Notes under the pieces: generated by a model
Database searches by the model: none
What the model was told of the DNA's origin: nothing
What the model saw: only the letters and a program-made list of their open reading frames with translations
In this document: positions 12,475 through 25,730 of the stretch, one piece after another
How the letters are laid out: each line of letters opens with the position of its first letter
Numbering within the stretch: position 1 is the stretch's first letter
DNA from: Balamuthia mandrillaris
Taxonomy: Eukaryota
NCBI GenBank assembly: GCA_031835245.2
Contig: JAVKOQ020000046.1
Span: forward strand, 124,001-188,000
Length of the DNA stretch: 64,000 nt
Reading direction: 5' to 3'
Position numbers and translations under genes: made by a program

Positions 12475-15400
12475 TTACTTGCGTCTCTTGAACTTGCTCT
12501 TGGACTTGAATTGATGTTTGCCTTTCTTCTTGAAACGGGCCTTGTTGCCGGATGGTCCCTCGGAGGCGAAGCTGCCACCGTTGGCTGCTTTCTTGCTGCC
12601 GCCTCCTCCCGATGCCGAGGACTTTGTTTTTGCTGAACGGGAAAAAAAAAAGAAAGGAAGAAAGCAAACAAAAATAAAGAACAAACAGTGAGAAAAAAGA
12701 AGTGAAACAAACATTTTAAAATCATACAAACCTTTCTTAGCAACGGGCGCTTTCATCTCCGAAGCAAACACGCCACCGCCGTTCTCCTCCCTCCTAGCAG
12801 CTGCGCGATCGTCCCTCTTCCTCTTCTTCTTCTGCCGCTGATCTTCCTCCTCCAGGGTCACTTTCTTTGCCTTGTAATTCTTTTTCAAAGCTTTGGCCGA
12901 GGCACTTTGTGATTTCTGCTCTTTGGCGAGTTCGGGGTCGCGCCTCTCTAACGCCATCTCGGCCAGCTTCCTTCTCTTTTGTTTACGAGAGAGGCCGGCC
13001 AGTTTGTCGCGCTTGATGGCGGCCTTTTTTTCGGCTCTTCTCTGGTTCTTGGCGTCCTGTTTTTTGCGCAGCTTTTCGGCTTTTTTGACGTCGGCATCGT
13101 CGTCTATGCGGGTGGTTCCTCCTAATACTGCTGCATCTAACGAGGTCTCTGTTGGTTTTTAAAGTTTGTAAGTTTATCACACAAAAAAAACAACGATGAG
13201 AAAAAGAAAGGAAAGAAAATTAAAAGAAGAATAAAACTAAGCAAAGAAGTATATAACGTACTCTTTGCATTGATTTTCTCGTCCTTGTTTTGGAACCATG
13301 TTCTCTTGGGTCTGCGATGAATCTCCTCCTCGTGCTCGATGATATTCTCCAACCGTTGTGCCTCCTGCTGCGCCAACCTCAACTGCCTTTCCTGCCTCTC
13401 CTCCTCCAAGATCTCCTGCACGTCGTCCTCCAAATCCTCAATCTTTTGCTTCCACTCCTCCACAGCATCTGCCGGTACCACTCGATTCTTCAATCCTGCT
13501 TTTCCTCCTGCACTTCGTTTCTGTTGCTTCAACAACTGTTTCACCAACGGACGATCGGCTTCTCCCAAGAACGAAATAGAACGTCCGACATGTCCCCAAC
13601 GAGCCGTTCTGCCCACGCGATGAATATAGTTCTCCAAGCTGTTGGGCATGGCAAAGTTTATGATGGTCTCTATTCCCAGGATGTCCAAACCACGAGCCGC
13701 TAAGTCGGTGGCCATCAGGAAGTCAAACTGACCATCGCGAAAGCTCTCCAAGGCCTCCAGGCGCTGATTTTGGGTTAGATTTCCGTGAAGCTCTGCAGCA
13801 GACAGTCCCAACAGGCCAAAAACGATCTTCATACGATGGGCCATTTGTTTGGAGCGGAAGAAGATTAGGACACGTTTCTTGAAAGAGCGAGTACAGAGAG
13901 AGAGGAGCATCGCCTCTCTTTGAAGCTGTTGTTGGCGCTGATCCTTGCTGGAACGAATGCGAATGAATTCTTGAGTGATGCCGGCTGCAACTTGCCATTT
14001 AGGATCAACAGAGATGCGAACGGGGTTGTTGAGGGAAACGGCGGCGAGACGATCAACTTCTTCGGTCATGGTCGCCGAGAAGAGCATTGTTTGTCGTTGG
14101 CGCGGACAAAACTTGACAATTTCATTCAGTTCAGCACTGAAACCTAAATCCAACAATCTGGTTTTTTTTTTTTGTGTGTTCGTATTTGTTGTTTGTTTTT
14201 CGAAAAAGAGAGAAGCAAAAGATGGAAGAAGAAAGAGTGCAAGAAAAAATTTCAAACCTATCAGCTTCATCGAGAATCAAGATTTCGATTGTGTCCAGAG
14301 AGAAAGAAGGAGCGTTACGAAGGTGGTCGATCATACGCCCAGGAGTAGCCACCACTATATCAGGATTGCGTCGCAGGGCTGCCTCTTGCATTTTGTTGGA
14401 GAGACCTCCAACAACAAGACATGTTGTTATGGACGAGAACTTGGCCAGTTTTTCGATTACCGAATGACATTGAACTTTAAAGTAAAGTAAGTATGAAACA
14501 ATATGAAATCAAAAAACGAAGAATGAGACACACCAGCAAGCTCACGAGTGGGAGTTAGAATGAGAACTCGTGTGGCACTGATTCTTTTGTCTCGGTGCAA
14601 GAGACGTTCGAGAACAGGTAAAACAAAAGCTGCCGTCTTACCAGAGCCTATGGCGTTGATTATGTGAGCAAAGAACAAAATAAGAGAAGGAGAAAGAGGA
14701 CAGGAGGAAACATAAGGAGAAGAGAAGTAATTACCAGTAGTGGCGCTGGCGCAAATGTCTTTGCCCTGAACAGCGGTGGGAATGGCTTGAGATTGAATGG
14801 GCGTTGGGTGAACGTAGCCAAGGCTAGATATGGCCTTGAGAATGGGACGCGAGAGATGCAGGTCGGTAAACGACTCTGCGTACTTCTCTCGGGCTTCTGG
14901 CATTGTAAAGAAGGACTGTTGTTGCTTTGTTGATTGTTTGCGCCGTTTGTCAATTGGTTCTTCTTCATCATCTTCTTCGGCTTCTTCGTCCTCTTCTTCA
15001 TTTTGTTCCTCTTCTTCCTCTTCTTCCTGTTCTTCGCTTTCTTCTCCATCTTCTTCCTCTTCTCCTTCCTCGTCATTTCCATCTTCCTCATTTTCATCTT
15101 CCTCATCGTCGGAAGCAAATGAATCGTGTTTTCCATTTTGTTGTGGCTCAGCATCATCGTCGGAGTCATCTTCTTCGTCGTTTTGTTTTTTCTTGTTTTG
15201 TTTTTGCTTCTTCTGTTGTAGTCGAGCTTTTATTTTATCATCGATCGATGTTTGTTGCTGCAATGGATCAAAAACACAAAACAAAAAAGAATGAGGCACT
15301 TCCAGTGGACAACAGAGAAAAGAGAGGAGAAAAGAGAGAACCAGTGATGAGAAGCGAAGACAGAGAAGAGAACGACGAAGAGAAGAGAGAACGAGAGAAC

Positions 15401-15729
15401 GAGAGAAGCAGAGAAAAAAGAGAAGATCGGAACCTCGTAGTTTTGTTCAGCAGTGGTACTGCGAGCGAAAGTAAAGTCCCAGGGGTGTGCCTCATCTTCT
15501 TCATCGGAGGACAAGGCAAAGGAGATTGCATTTAACACTTTTCGTCTCTATTTAAATTCCGGAATAAACAAATCAACCACCGAAACGATGGATTGAGACC
15601 ACCGAAAACGTTGACACTACAAACCTTGCCCTGAGCGGTGAGCGATACCTCCTCGTCCTCCTCGTCCTCGTCCTCTTCGAGCACCTCCACCTCATCCTCA
15701 TCTTCGATGGTTCCAATGAGTCGCGACAT
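12475..15729 (-). CDS. DDX27: DEAD-box RNA helicase DRS1/DDX27 (60S biogenesis), spliced
   Basis: Q motif [42 protein letters not shown]1-typical RPKRTWFQ and C-terminal [11 protein letters not shown]. Confidence 0.93.
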
Positions 15730-16221
15730 TTTTGTTTTTTTTTTTTTCTTTCCCTAGCCTTGATCCGACAAACGCTCTCACAAAAAATCCGTACAATCAA
15801 GTTCTAGAAAAAAAAAACAAGAGGGCCGGGCCTCGCTCGCGTTTTGTTTCTTTCTTTTCTTCTTTTCTTCCTTTCTTCTTCTTTTCCTTCAACTTGAAAC
15901 TCCTCAAGCATTTCATCACGTCGTCCCGGAATATAACGATTTGTTCGTGACGACAGTAACCATTATATGTCGACGATCCGACCTTCCGCGTCGTCCCGGA
16001 AAACTTCGTGTCGTCGTGGACGCTTGTTTCATGTCTGCAGAAATAAAAGAAAGGAGAAAAAGAAGACGAAAGGGGGGGTGCGTGGGTCGTATGGCCACTC
16101 TTATGCTTGCTTTTTTTTTTCCTCTCTCTCTCTTTCTCCTTTTCATTTTCGAAGCTTTGCTGACCATGTTTTTTTTTTGATGATTTATTCTTTTAGCTTC
16201 TAAAAAAATAAACCAAAAGAA

Positions 16222-16999
16222 ATGGTTCGTTTGGCGTACATTGATAACCCGGAGAAGCCCATCGACCTGGAAACGTTGAGGGCGGAGGGCGTGCTCTACA
16301 TCCCCATCGACATGGATAACTGGAAGGAGGAGCTGGCCAAGATCTGCCAGGAGCGTGGCTACAAGAACAGGGACGAGGTCTTCATCTCCACCGGCGAGGA
16401 GGTCACCAAGGAGGACTGCGAGTTCACCACCGACAAGCAGATCTGCCTCACTTCCGCCAATGAAGAGCTGTTGAAGAAGAAGCTGGTCGAGTTTTATCAA
16501 GAGTTTGTTTTTCCTTCTCGGCTTGTTCACCTCTTTCCTCTTTTCGTTAACAAAAAAACAAAAAAGGCATCTTCACGTCGATGAGGAAATCCGTTTCATC
16601 TTGAAGGGACAGGGCCAGTTTGACATTCGGGACAAGGAAGACAAGTGGATCGCTATCACTGTAGAACGTGGCGACCTCATCATCGTAGTATGTCACTGCC
16701 TCTTATTTGTTTTGCTCTAGTTCTCTATTCTCTATTCTTCTCTCGTTCTCCTCTCTTCTCTCTCTTCTCTTCTTCTCTTCTTCTTCCTCTTCTCTTCTTT
16801 TCTCTATTGTCCCTCTTCTCTCTCTTCTCTGCTTCTCTTCTCTCTCTTCTCTGGCTTCTCTATTAATATCATGTGCACCATATAGCCAGCAAACATGTAC
16901 CACCGCTTCGGTCTGGGAGAGGAGTCCACCTACATCCACGCCATGCGCCTCTTCACCGATGCTCCCAAATGGGAAGCCATTCCTCGCGTTGCCAACTGA
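16222..16999 (+). CDS. ADI1: Acireductone dioxygenase (methionine salvage), 3 exons
   Basis: [59 protein letters not shown]...PKW. Confidence 0.93.
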
Positions 17000-17366
17000 A
17001 CTAACCCCCTTCTTCGTCTTTATAAACCCCATGGAGAGAAACAAAAAACATTCCTCCTTTTTTTTTTTCTTCCTTCTCTTCTTTTTTCTCTCAGTGCTAT
17101 AGCTATCAAGCAAGAGAGACGAATGAGGATGAAATAAAGCACAACGGACAGGGCGAAACTGGACAGTGTGCCCACTTTTACTGTCCGTCTTTATCTCTCT
17201 GCCAGGCCTGCGAAAAAATTTTGAAAAATCAATTATTATCAATTTAAATATCGATAGAGTCGAAATTTTATTGTGACGTGGCGATTGCTTAAAATAGGAA
17301 TTCATGACGCAAGTTCTGAAAATTGAACTGAGAAAGAAGAAAGAAAAGAGAGAGAAGAGAAGAAAG

Positions 17367-18990
17367 ATGGAGGAACCAGAGTTTGAGTTCGAGAAAGAGG
17401 TCAAGGAGGACAAGAAAGCCAGCGCTGCAGGCACGGAGAATGAGAGCGTCATCGCTCAGTTTTTCACAACCGAGGGCACCGCCACGGGACCTCAATTCGA
17501 CATACCGTTCGACACCTCCACCGAACAGTTGGAAATGCTGCTCAACGATCTCCTTCAAAACGTACGTTCACTTCTTTCAGTTTCTTCCTCCCTTTTTCCC
17601 CTTCCTTTGTTCTCATTCTTTGTTTCCTTTTACACCTTTTACTGTGCAGGAGGAACGGATGCCTTACTCCTTCTATGTCTCCGAAGAAGAAATCCTTGGC
17701 ACCCTCCGCCAAACCCTTCTGCAGCAAAAAGAAGGGGACTCTTCCTCCTCCGCTTCTCCTCTCGCCAGCACAGAACAGGTCCTTCGCATCGTCTACCAGC
17801 CACAGGCCGTCTTTCGCGTGCGCGCCGTCACTCGCTGCACAGGCTCCATGGCCGGCCACACGGAGGCCGTCCTGGTGGCCGCCTTCAGCCCGGACGGCAG
17901 CCAGCTGGCCACCGGCTCGGGAGATGCCACCATCCGTCTTTGGGATGTCCTGACGCAAACGCCTATGAGAACGTGCCATGGGCACACAGGGTGGGTGTTG
18001 TGCTTGGCTTGGTCGCCGGATGGGCGCATGCTGGCCTCCGGAGGTATGGACAAGGAGATCCGCCTGTGGAATCCCGCCACAGGCAAAAGGGCCGGGGGGC
18101 GTAAGCCCCTCCGTAGACACACGCAGTGGATCAACAGCTTGTGTTGGGAGCCGCTGCACGCCACCAGCGGTTCGAGCGAACGGCTGGCCAGCGGGAGCAA
18201 GGACGGCACGGTACGCATATGGGATGCCAAGAGAGGGGTCCTCCTCTACTCCATCAGCTCGCACAGCATGGCCGTCACCTGCGTGAAATGGGGAGGGCAG
18301 GGCCTGCTCTACTCGGCCAGCCAGGACCGGTTGATCAACGTGTTCACGCCAGAGGGCAAGATCGTGAGGCAGCTCAAAGGACATGGCCACTGGGTGAACA
18401 CTCTGGCCCTCAACACAGACTATGTGCTGCGCACCGGTGCCTTCGATCACACTGGGCAGCAGCCAGGCTCTCCTGAGGAGGCGGTGCAAAAGGCAAAAGA
18501 GCGGTATGAGGCTGTTGTGGGAAAGAAGGAGGGAGGAGGATTGGGAGAGGAGATCCTGGCTTCCGGATCGGATGACCATACGTTGTTCTTGTGGCAGCCG
18601 GGAAGGAGCAAGGAGCCGTTGATCCGGCTGACTGGACATCAGCAGCAGGTTAACTTGGCGGCATTTTCTCCGGACGGAAGGGTTCTGGCTAGTGCTGCCT
18701 TTGATAAGTCTGTCAAGTTATGGGATGGAAAAACCGGAAAGTAAGTTGCTTCATTCTTATTCTTTATTCATGTCTCTCGCGTTTTTCCTTGTTTGTTATG
18801 TCTTGCTGATGGTCTCAACTTGAATGTAGGTTCATAGCTTCACTGAGAGGGCATGTAGGATCGGTCTATCAAGTGTGTTGGTCAGCAGATAGTCGGTTAT
18901 TGGCGAGCGGCAGCAAGGACAGTACCGTTAAAGTTTGGTCTGTACGGACAAAGAAAATGATGACAGAGCTTCCCGGCCATGCTGATGAGG

Positions 18991-19037
<47 letters not shown>

Positions 19038-19199
19038 TAAAACCTACAAAAGGTTTACACAGTGGATTGGAGTCCAGATGGTCAACGAGTTGTTTCTGGT
19101 TCCAAAGATTGCTTGGTTAAAATGTACCCTTCTCTCCCTCTCTCATTTGCTTTTGCTTTTTCTGACTTATCTCTCTTCTATTCCAGTTGGCAACATTGA
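17367..19199 (+). CDS. NLE1: Notchless/Rsa4 WD40 ribosome assembly factor, spliced
   Basis: NLE domain (QLEMLLN, PYSFYV, IVYQPQAVFRVRAVTRC), WD40 repeats, GHGHWVNTLALNTDYVLRTGAFDH, LPGHADE|VYTVDWSPDG. Confidence 0.95.
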
Positions 19200-19279
19200 A
19201 GAAAACAAAGATATTTTCTGTGTCACAATTTTTGTTAGTTGGTCTCTTTTCTTTATCTCTTTTCCTTTGTTCTCTAATG

Positions 19280-22047
19280 TTAGGAAGAAGATGGGCCAAA
19301 GCTTTTAGCGCCAAGCAAGCCGCTGATCTTCTTGCTCCTCCGCTCCAACGATGCTTTTCGTATGGTTTGCAACAAGTCAGGCGGCAACTGATTCTTCAGC
19401 TCGCTCTTGATGGAGTCATAGTGAGCGAGTATCCACTCCAAACAACAGCTTTGGAGATTCGTCACTTGATACTTGTGAGCTTGTTTGTAGAGGTAAGCCA
19501 CGTTCTCTCTTGTGACTTGTCCCCCTTTGATGAGGTTCTCTCCACAAAGCGCCTTCAGATATTCCAGCTGAAAGCGGTGAGCCGTCTTCAACAGCGCTAG
19601 CGTTTGCCGAAACCCCGTTTTTGTGGGCTTATTGTTCTTGGTGTTAGTGTTGGTGATATTGAAGGAAGAATCGACTTCGGGAGAGCCGGTGTAAAGATAG
19701 AGTAGAAGTTGATAGAAAGTGGAGTAAGAGATATCGGTAATGGTTACTTTTGTGAGTTGTTGGTGCTTCTTGTTGTGGTCCTTGTTTTGTTCTTCTTCCT
19801 CCTCCTCTTCATCATCTTCTTCAGTATCGTCGTCTTCATCGGAACAACATGATTTGTAGAGTTGAGGGCAACGGGCGTAGATGATGTTTTTGTGAGCGTG
19901 CAGCCGTTTGTTCTTGTCCTTGGGAAAGAGAAAGAGGATGTCGCTGTACTCTGGACTGTTCACCATCCTTCCAAAGTCGGAAGTAAACGTACATACTCTC
20001 TCTTCTGGCTCGTTCTCTATTTTGACCATGTAAAGTGAGAATGAAGAAGGAAGCAAGGGAGCAAAAGAAGAGAATTACCAAAAGAAAAACAATATAGGTC
20101 GTTGTAACATTCGTTCTCCGTGTTCTTCCCTCCAAAGAGAAAGACCTCTTCCTTGTACTTTGTCAAGCTGTGAAAGCAACGCTCTGGACATCCCGACACC
20201 TCCAACAATTCCCACTGTCTTGTTGCTATAGAGGAGATATTGGAAAGAAGAATCGTTATTTTAAAAAGCAAAAAGAAGGAGAAATAAAACTACCGAAATG
20301 AAAGGCGTGAACGTCGCAACAGGTATTTGGATCGCAGCCACCAAAAATATACATGACATCCTTGTGGACTACCTCTCTGTGGCCCCAACGCTCGGATGGC
20401 ACTTCTCCTGTTGTTTTCACTAGCGACCACGTTTTGCTCGCTGTGCAATGGAAATAGGGGAAAAGGAGAGAAGGCAAGAGAAAAAGGAAGATAAGAGGAG
20501 ACGGAGGAGGTCAGAGAGAAGTACAGATGGACAGATGAAAAGGAAAAGAAGAGGCACCAAAGCGATATTCAAACAAATCGCGCACGTCAGGATAACCACC
20601 GAACACATAAAGAGATCCCTGAAACACGGAGCCAGTGCTGTGGAACCGATATGGTGGAGATCCCAACGTTTCTATCTCTTCCCACTCTTCCTTCTCTGTT
20701 TTATTACCGTCAATTGCAAAGATAAAAGAAGAAGAAGAAGAAGAAGAAGAAGAAGAACAAGAACAAGAACAAGAACAAGAACAAGAACAAGAACAAGAAC
20801 AAGAACAAGAACAAGAACAAGAAGAACAACAACAACAACGAAGAAGAAGAAGAAGAACAAGAAGAAGAAGAAGAACAAGAACAAGAAGAAGAAGAAGAAC
20901 AAGAAGAAGAAGAAGAACAAGAAGAACAAGAAGAAGAAGAAGAAGAAGAAGAAGAAGAAGAAGAACAAGAACAAGAACAAGAAGAAGAAGAACAAGAAGA
21001 ACAAGAAGAAGAGAAGAAGAAGGAGAAGGGGGGGGGGGGGGGGGGGAGAAGAGAAGAAAAGAAGAAGAAGAAGAAGAAGAAGAAGAACAAGAAGAAGAAG
21101 AAGAAGAAAAGAAGAAGAAGAAGAAGAAGAAGAAGAAGAAGAAGAAGAAGAAGAAGAAGAAGAAGAAGAAGAACAAGAACAAGAACAAGAACAAGAACAA
21201 GAACAAGAAGAACAACAACAACGAAGAAGAAGAAGAAGAACAAGAAGAGAACCAAAATGGAAAGCATAGAGGTCGTTGCACTTCCAGCCTAGGTCGTCGT
21301 AGCCACCAAATATATACATGCATTGGCCGTGCACAGCTGCCACATGACCATATCGTTTTGTGGGTCGTTTATTCTTTCCTTTGCCTTCCACACAACGCCA
21401 TTGCTGTGTTGCTGTTCATCAAACCAAACAAAAAAAAAAGAAACGGAGATATAAGAAGAAAGAAGAAAGAAAGGGAAAGGACAGAAGTTGATAGACGACA
21501 AAACATAGAAAGAAAGCACTCAGAGAAGAACAAGAAGCAAAAAAGAAAGAAAGACAAACCGAGGTTGAAGCAATAGAGGTCGTTCATGTAGCCATTGCTC
21601 TTCCCTCCAAACACATAGAGCGCATTGCGATAGAGCACCATCGAATGAAAGTGCCTTCCACGAGGCCCATTCTCCACTGTCAACTTTGTCCAATCCCTTT
21701 TTCCTTTCATTTTTTTTTTGTTTATTTTTGATTAACGAGCAAAAAAAAAAAGAACGAAAGAACGAACCTAAATCTAACTGATAAAAGTCCTCCAAGAACG
21801 CGCCGCCTTTGTCGCAGCCGCCAAAGAGGTAGAGGTGGCCCTTGTAGCAGATCGCCGTTTGGCCGTAACGCTCGCTGGGGAGCTCTCCCGTGGTGCCCAG
21901 CAGCTCGAAGCGGTACCGGTCCTGCACCTGGCTATCCTGTGAGGACGTTGACAACCTCTGAGTGGATGCGGTTGTTGTCGTCAGGGCTGGCGACGAGGCT
22001 GAGGCCGGGTCCTCGTTGCGGCTCCTTTGCTTCCTTTTCTCTTCCAT
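19280..22047 (-). CDS. Kelch-repeat plus BTB/BACK protein (LZTR1-like), spliced
   Basis: Six kelch-type exons (ERYGQTA..LYLFGG, RHFHS..LYVFGG, RYGH, RFHS, RWGH, RCFHS); BTB YSDILF...LHAHKNIIYARCP...LLLYLYTG. Confidence 0.88.
20725..21250. repeat. Intronic compound GAA/GAACAA microsatellite with an internal poly-G run
   Basis: Direct sequence. Confidence 0.95.
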
Positions 22048-22238
22048 CTTTTCTTCCTTTTTTTTTTTGAACAATAATTTTAAATTATTTTCATTTTGAG
22101 TCATATTTTGTTAGTTATTCCAAACTTGATAATAATTCTGTAATATTTACAATTTTTCATAACAAACTCAAAGAGTCGAAATAGAATTGAATAAGTTTCA
22201 ATATTTTTCAACTGTTCGACATAATTCTGCGATAATTA

Positions 22239-24124
22239 TCAATACAAAGGATGGCAGATAGAAAGGAGAGCAGCGGCAGAGGAAGCTTTCTCACCGGAGG
22301 AGGACGCTTGCGAAGCTCCATCATCTCCATCTCCATCTCCATCTCCATCATCACCTTCTCCCTCTTCGCTCTCCGACGAGAACTCTCCGCTCTCATCATC
22401 CGATGATGGGTCATCACCATCAGCGTGGTTGGTGGAGCTTTCATCCTCCCCACTGCCATCGATAACATATCTTTCGAGCAGCAAAAGAGCAAAGGCAGTG
22501 AAGTGAGGAGTCGTTGCGCGGTAAACTTGCGGGGAAGTGTTCACGCCGCTTGTCAGCTGAGTTTCCCCAAAGCATGCCCATGCGTTGGTGGCCTCATCGT
22601 AATACCCCACACAGACTGTCTCCTCCTGAGCACAATTAAGAAAAGTAAAATGAATATCGAGAAAGAGGAAGAGGAAAGAGAAATGAAAGAAAAGGAAGGA
22701 TATGACGTACAGCTTGAACATCTCGCGAAGCTTGAAAGTAGATCTCAACTGGTTGATAGAACTCACTCTCCTCCAGTTCCCCTCCATCCTGTTCGCCGGT
22801 CGCATCCACCGAAATAGGAACGGAAATGATGCTCACCAAGAAATACTCGTCTTGAAAGTAAGTAGGGTTCCAATAAGGCTGATCACCATCTCCTTCCCCA
22901 TCTTCTTCAGCCGCCGCAAAACTCATCGGCCGTACTCGGATGATGGTGTTCTTCTCGAACGTTCCTGCTGGTAACTTGAGCGCTCCCGCAAACTCACCCT
23001 TGTCGTAGGTCAACAAAGGGACGTTGAGCTCTTCCGCTTGATCCCTGTTGAAGACCATGGAAATGGGCGCTACGATGGGAGGAGCCAAATATTCGCATTG
23101 CGATGCCTCTGCTGCGCATGTTCCATCTGAACAATAGAACAGGTCTGAGGAAGGAGAGCAGGAAGGGTCGTTGAGGAGGCAGTGTAGGCCGTAACATTCA
23201 TTTGGATCCAAAGAAGAGGTCGGTCGGGGACAGTAGTTGCTTAGAGTGCACATGTTGGTCCCAGGACATTCCTCCGTGCTGGCGCTGTTGTTACGATGTT
23301 AGTGGATAACAACTCAAAGAGAAAGAGAAGCAGAGAAACATAGAATGAGAGAACAAGAACGATAAATGAGAAACAGTAACAGAGAAGCGGAGAACGAGTG
23401 GAAACAGAAGAAAGGTGATACAGACCTTATCAACCTACAATCGAGTTCGTAAAATACTTCCACACATCCGCCAACATAGAGCCCGTCACTTTCACAGTAT
23501 TCCATTCTTCTTTCTTCAACCAACAAATGAATATCTTGAGAAAAAAAAAGGAGAAAGAAAACTACAATGAGAAGAGCAAGAAGGAATACCTCTTTGGCAG
23601 CCAGTCCCACCCCAACCAGGAAGGCAAACACACCAAGGAGACGAAACACTGTAAAGAAAGCCGTGAGTAGGCTCACAGGGATCGCTCATAAGATACCAGT
23701 CCCACGCTGCAAAAATAATATTAACAAATTAAGCCAATACTACACAGTAGTAGTAGAATAAGAAGGAGGAAGGAAACGGGAAGAAGAAGAAGATCAAGAA
23801 GAAGATGATGAACAAGCAGAACATGAAGAAGAAGAAGAAGAAGAAGAAGAAGAAGAAGAAGAAGAAGAACAACAACAACATGAGCAAGAATACCAGTCAT
23901 TCGGTTGTCATCGGTATCAAAGTTACTGCAGCTGAAGCCCGTGAACCGATTGCATTGTTCGATGTAAGACGGAATATCTTCCAAAGTTTCGATAGCCGGA
24001 CGGCATCCAGTTTGCTCTCCGAACACACTGCTTGTTGCCAGTCGATGCTTCTCCCCGAAACTAACAACGAAAGAAAAGCTCCACAAACAACTATAAATAC
24101 AACAAATAAGTTTTTCAACCGCAT
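22239..24124 (-). CDS. Secreted/surface Cys-rich protein with EGF-like motif and GPS/ZU5-like C-terminal domain, spliced
   Basis: Signal peptide MRLKNLFVVFIVVCGAFLSLLVSG; exon at about 23590-23705 encodes CVCLPGWGGTGCQ; Cys-rich exons; LKLPAGTF, CVGYYDEATNAWAC, TTPHFTAFALLL; acidic Ser/Gly stalk. Frame of the first exon unresolved. Confidence 0.65.
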
Positions 24125-24393
24125 TCCTCTCTTTCTCCCTGTTACGATGTTTTGTGTTGGAAGGAGTTTCTTCTTCCTCTCTGCGGAGTTGCTTTCAAAA
24201 AAAACTGTGCGATAGCGTAGAAAGCACGTGTTAATGAAACATTTTTATATTTTCGAAATTGGTCGCACCTTTTTACTGGTCGCCGACTCGCCTAGCAACG
24301 CCTGACTACAGGAGGCAAAAGAAAAGGAGAAGAAGAAATATCATTCGTTCATACACTATATACAAAGACAACAAAGGAACCTCAATCCTTCGA

Positions 24394-24883
24394 CTACTGT
24401 CCGAAATGTGAGGAGTAGAGGGTGGCTGCTCGTGAAAGGATGGCCTCTGCATCCAACTTTGGAACCTTTTGTAAAGCAGTTTTTAGGAATGTTAAAAGAA
24501 TAAGAGAAGAAAGGCAGGAGAGATGATGGATGGATACATGAGTCAGAAACATGGTGAGCTCTCGTGTGTGGTCAACGTCCAGAATCTTGGGTTTCAAGGA
24601 GGAGAGCAAGGAGCACGCTACACAGGCAAGATAGTCCACCGACATTCCTATCACTTTGTCCCATATCCTAAATACAATTATATGTATCAGCCAAAATGAA
24701 AGAAGACAAGTGGACAAAAAAAAAACCAAATAGGCAAGAGAGAGGGAGAGGCAAACCGTTCCAAATAAAGACCAGAAAAACAACAGGAGAAGTAACTGCG
24801 AAACCATCTGCGATATGCAATAAATAACACGTGCGGCCGGCCCATTCGTAAGAACTAAGATAGAGAAGGAGAGAGAGAGAGAC

Positions 24884-24931
<48 letters not shown>

Positions 24932-25670
24932 CAGAGAGACAGAGAGAGAGAAAGAGAGAGAAGAACATACGAGTAACTAAACTGATCCACCATTACATTT
25001 AACTGATGAAAGTGTTTCCATACTTCTGGCTCATACTTTTCTAACAATCGAGAGAGGGTGTTGATTTGGTGGTATATGCCAATGGATTGGTGGCCGTAGG
25101 TCTGTTGTCGTAACCGCAGAAAGTGGGAGAAACACCAATACACTTCTGCTTCGCTTTGTTGTGCTCCGCCTTTTTTTGAAGCGTCGTTTAGCGAGGAGTG
25201 AAGAGAAGAGGAGAGCAGTAGTAGAGAAGAACGTACAAACAGTACAAAACACATTGGCGATGCAAAAGAGATCTTTTGCAGTGTCTTCATCTTTCTACAT
25301 TGTTAAAGTGGTGAGAAAGGAAAACAATCGAGGAAAGAAATGAAAGAAAAAGAAAAAGAAATGAAAAAGAAAAAGAAAAAGAAAGAAAAGAAAAGAAAAG
25401 AAAAAGAACCTCGGTGGCATAAGCATTTTCTAATAACGATTGCTGCACCCGGAAAACAAGAGCAAGATTTCTTGCTCTAAAGTCCTTCTTCTCTTGCGCA
25501 GAAGGAGAAGACCCTTTGCTTGTCTCTGCGAGTAAAAGCTCGCTCTCCTCTTCAGAGGGTGGTGGCACTAATTCATCCAACACTCTTCACCCCAAAAATC
25601 AGAACACCACACCAAGAAACAAAAAGAACGGAACAGAACAGACAAAAGTGAGAGTAAATAGAAAAAGGAA

Positions 25671-25730
<60 letters not shown>

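Noticed and set aside
17542..18639. 365-aa antisense ORF over NLE1
   Set aside because: Shadow ORF of a GC-rich coding strand; same for 5932-6720 and 38990-40180
21028..21046. Poly-G run as a functional G-quadruplex
   Set aside because: Embedded in an intronic microsatellite; length unreliable and no other support
24260..24290. U5 snRNA-like CCTTTTTAC loop
   Set aside because: No flanking stem or Sm site; chance match
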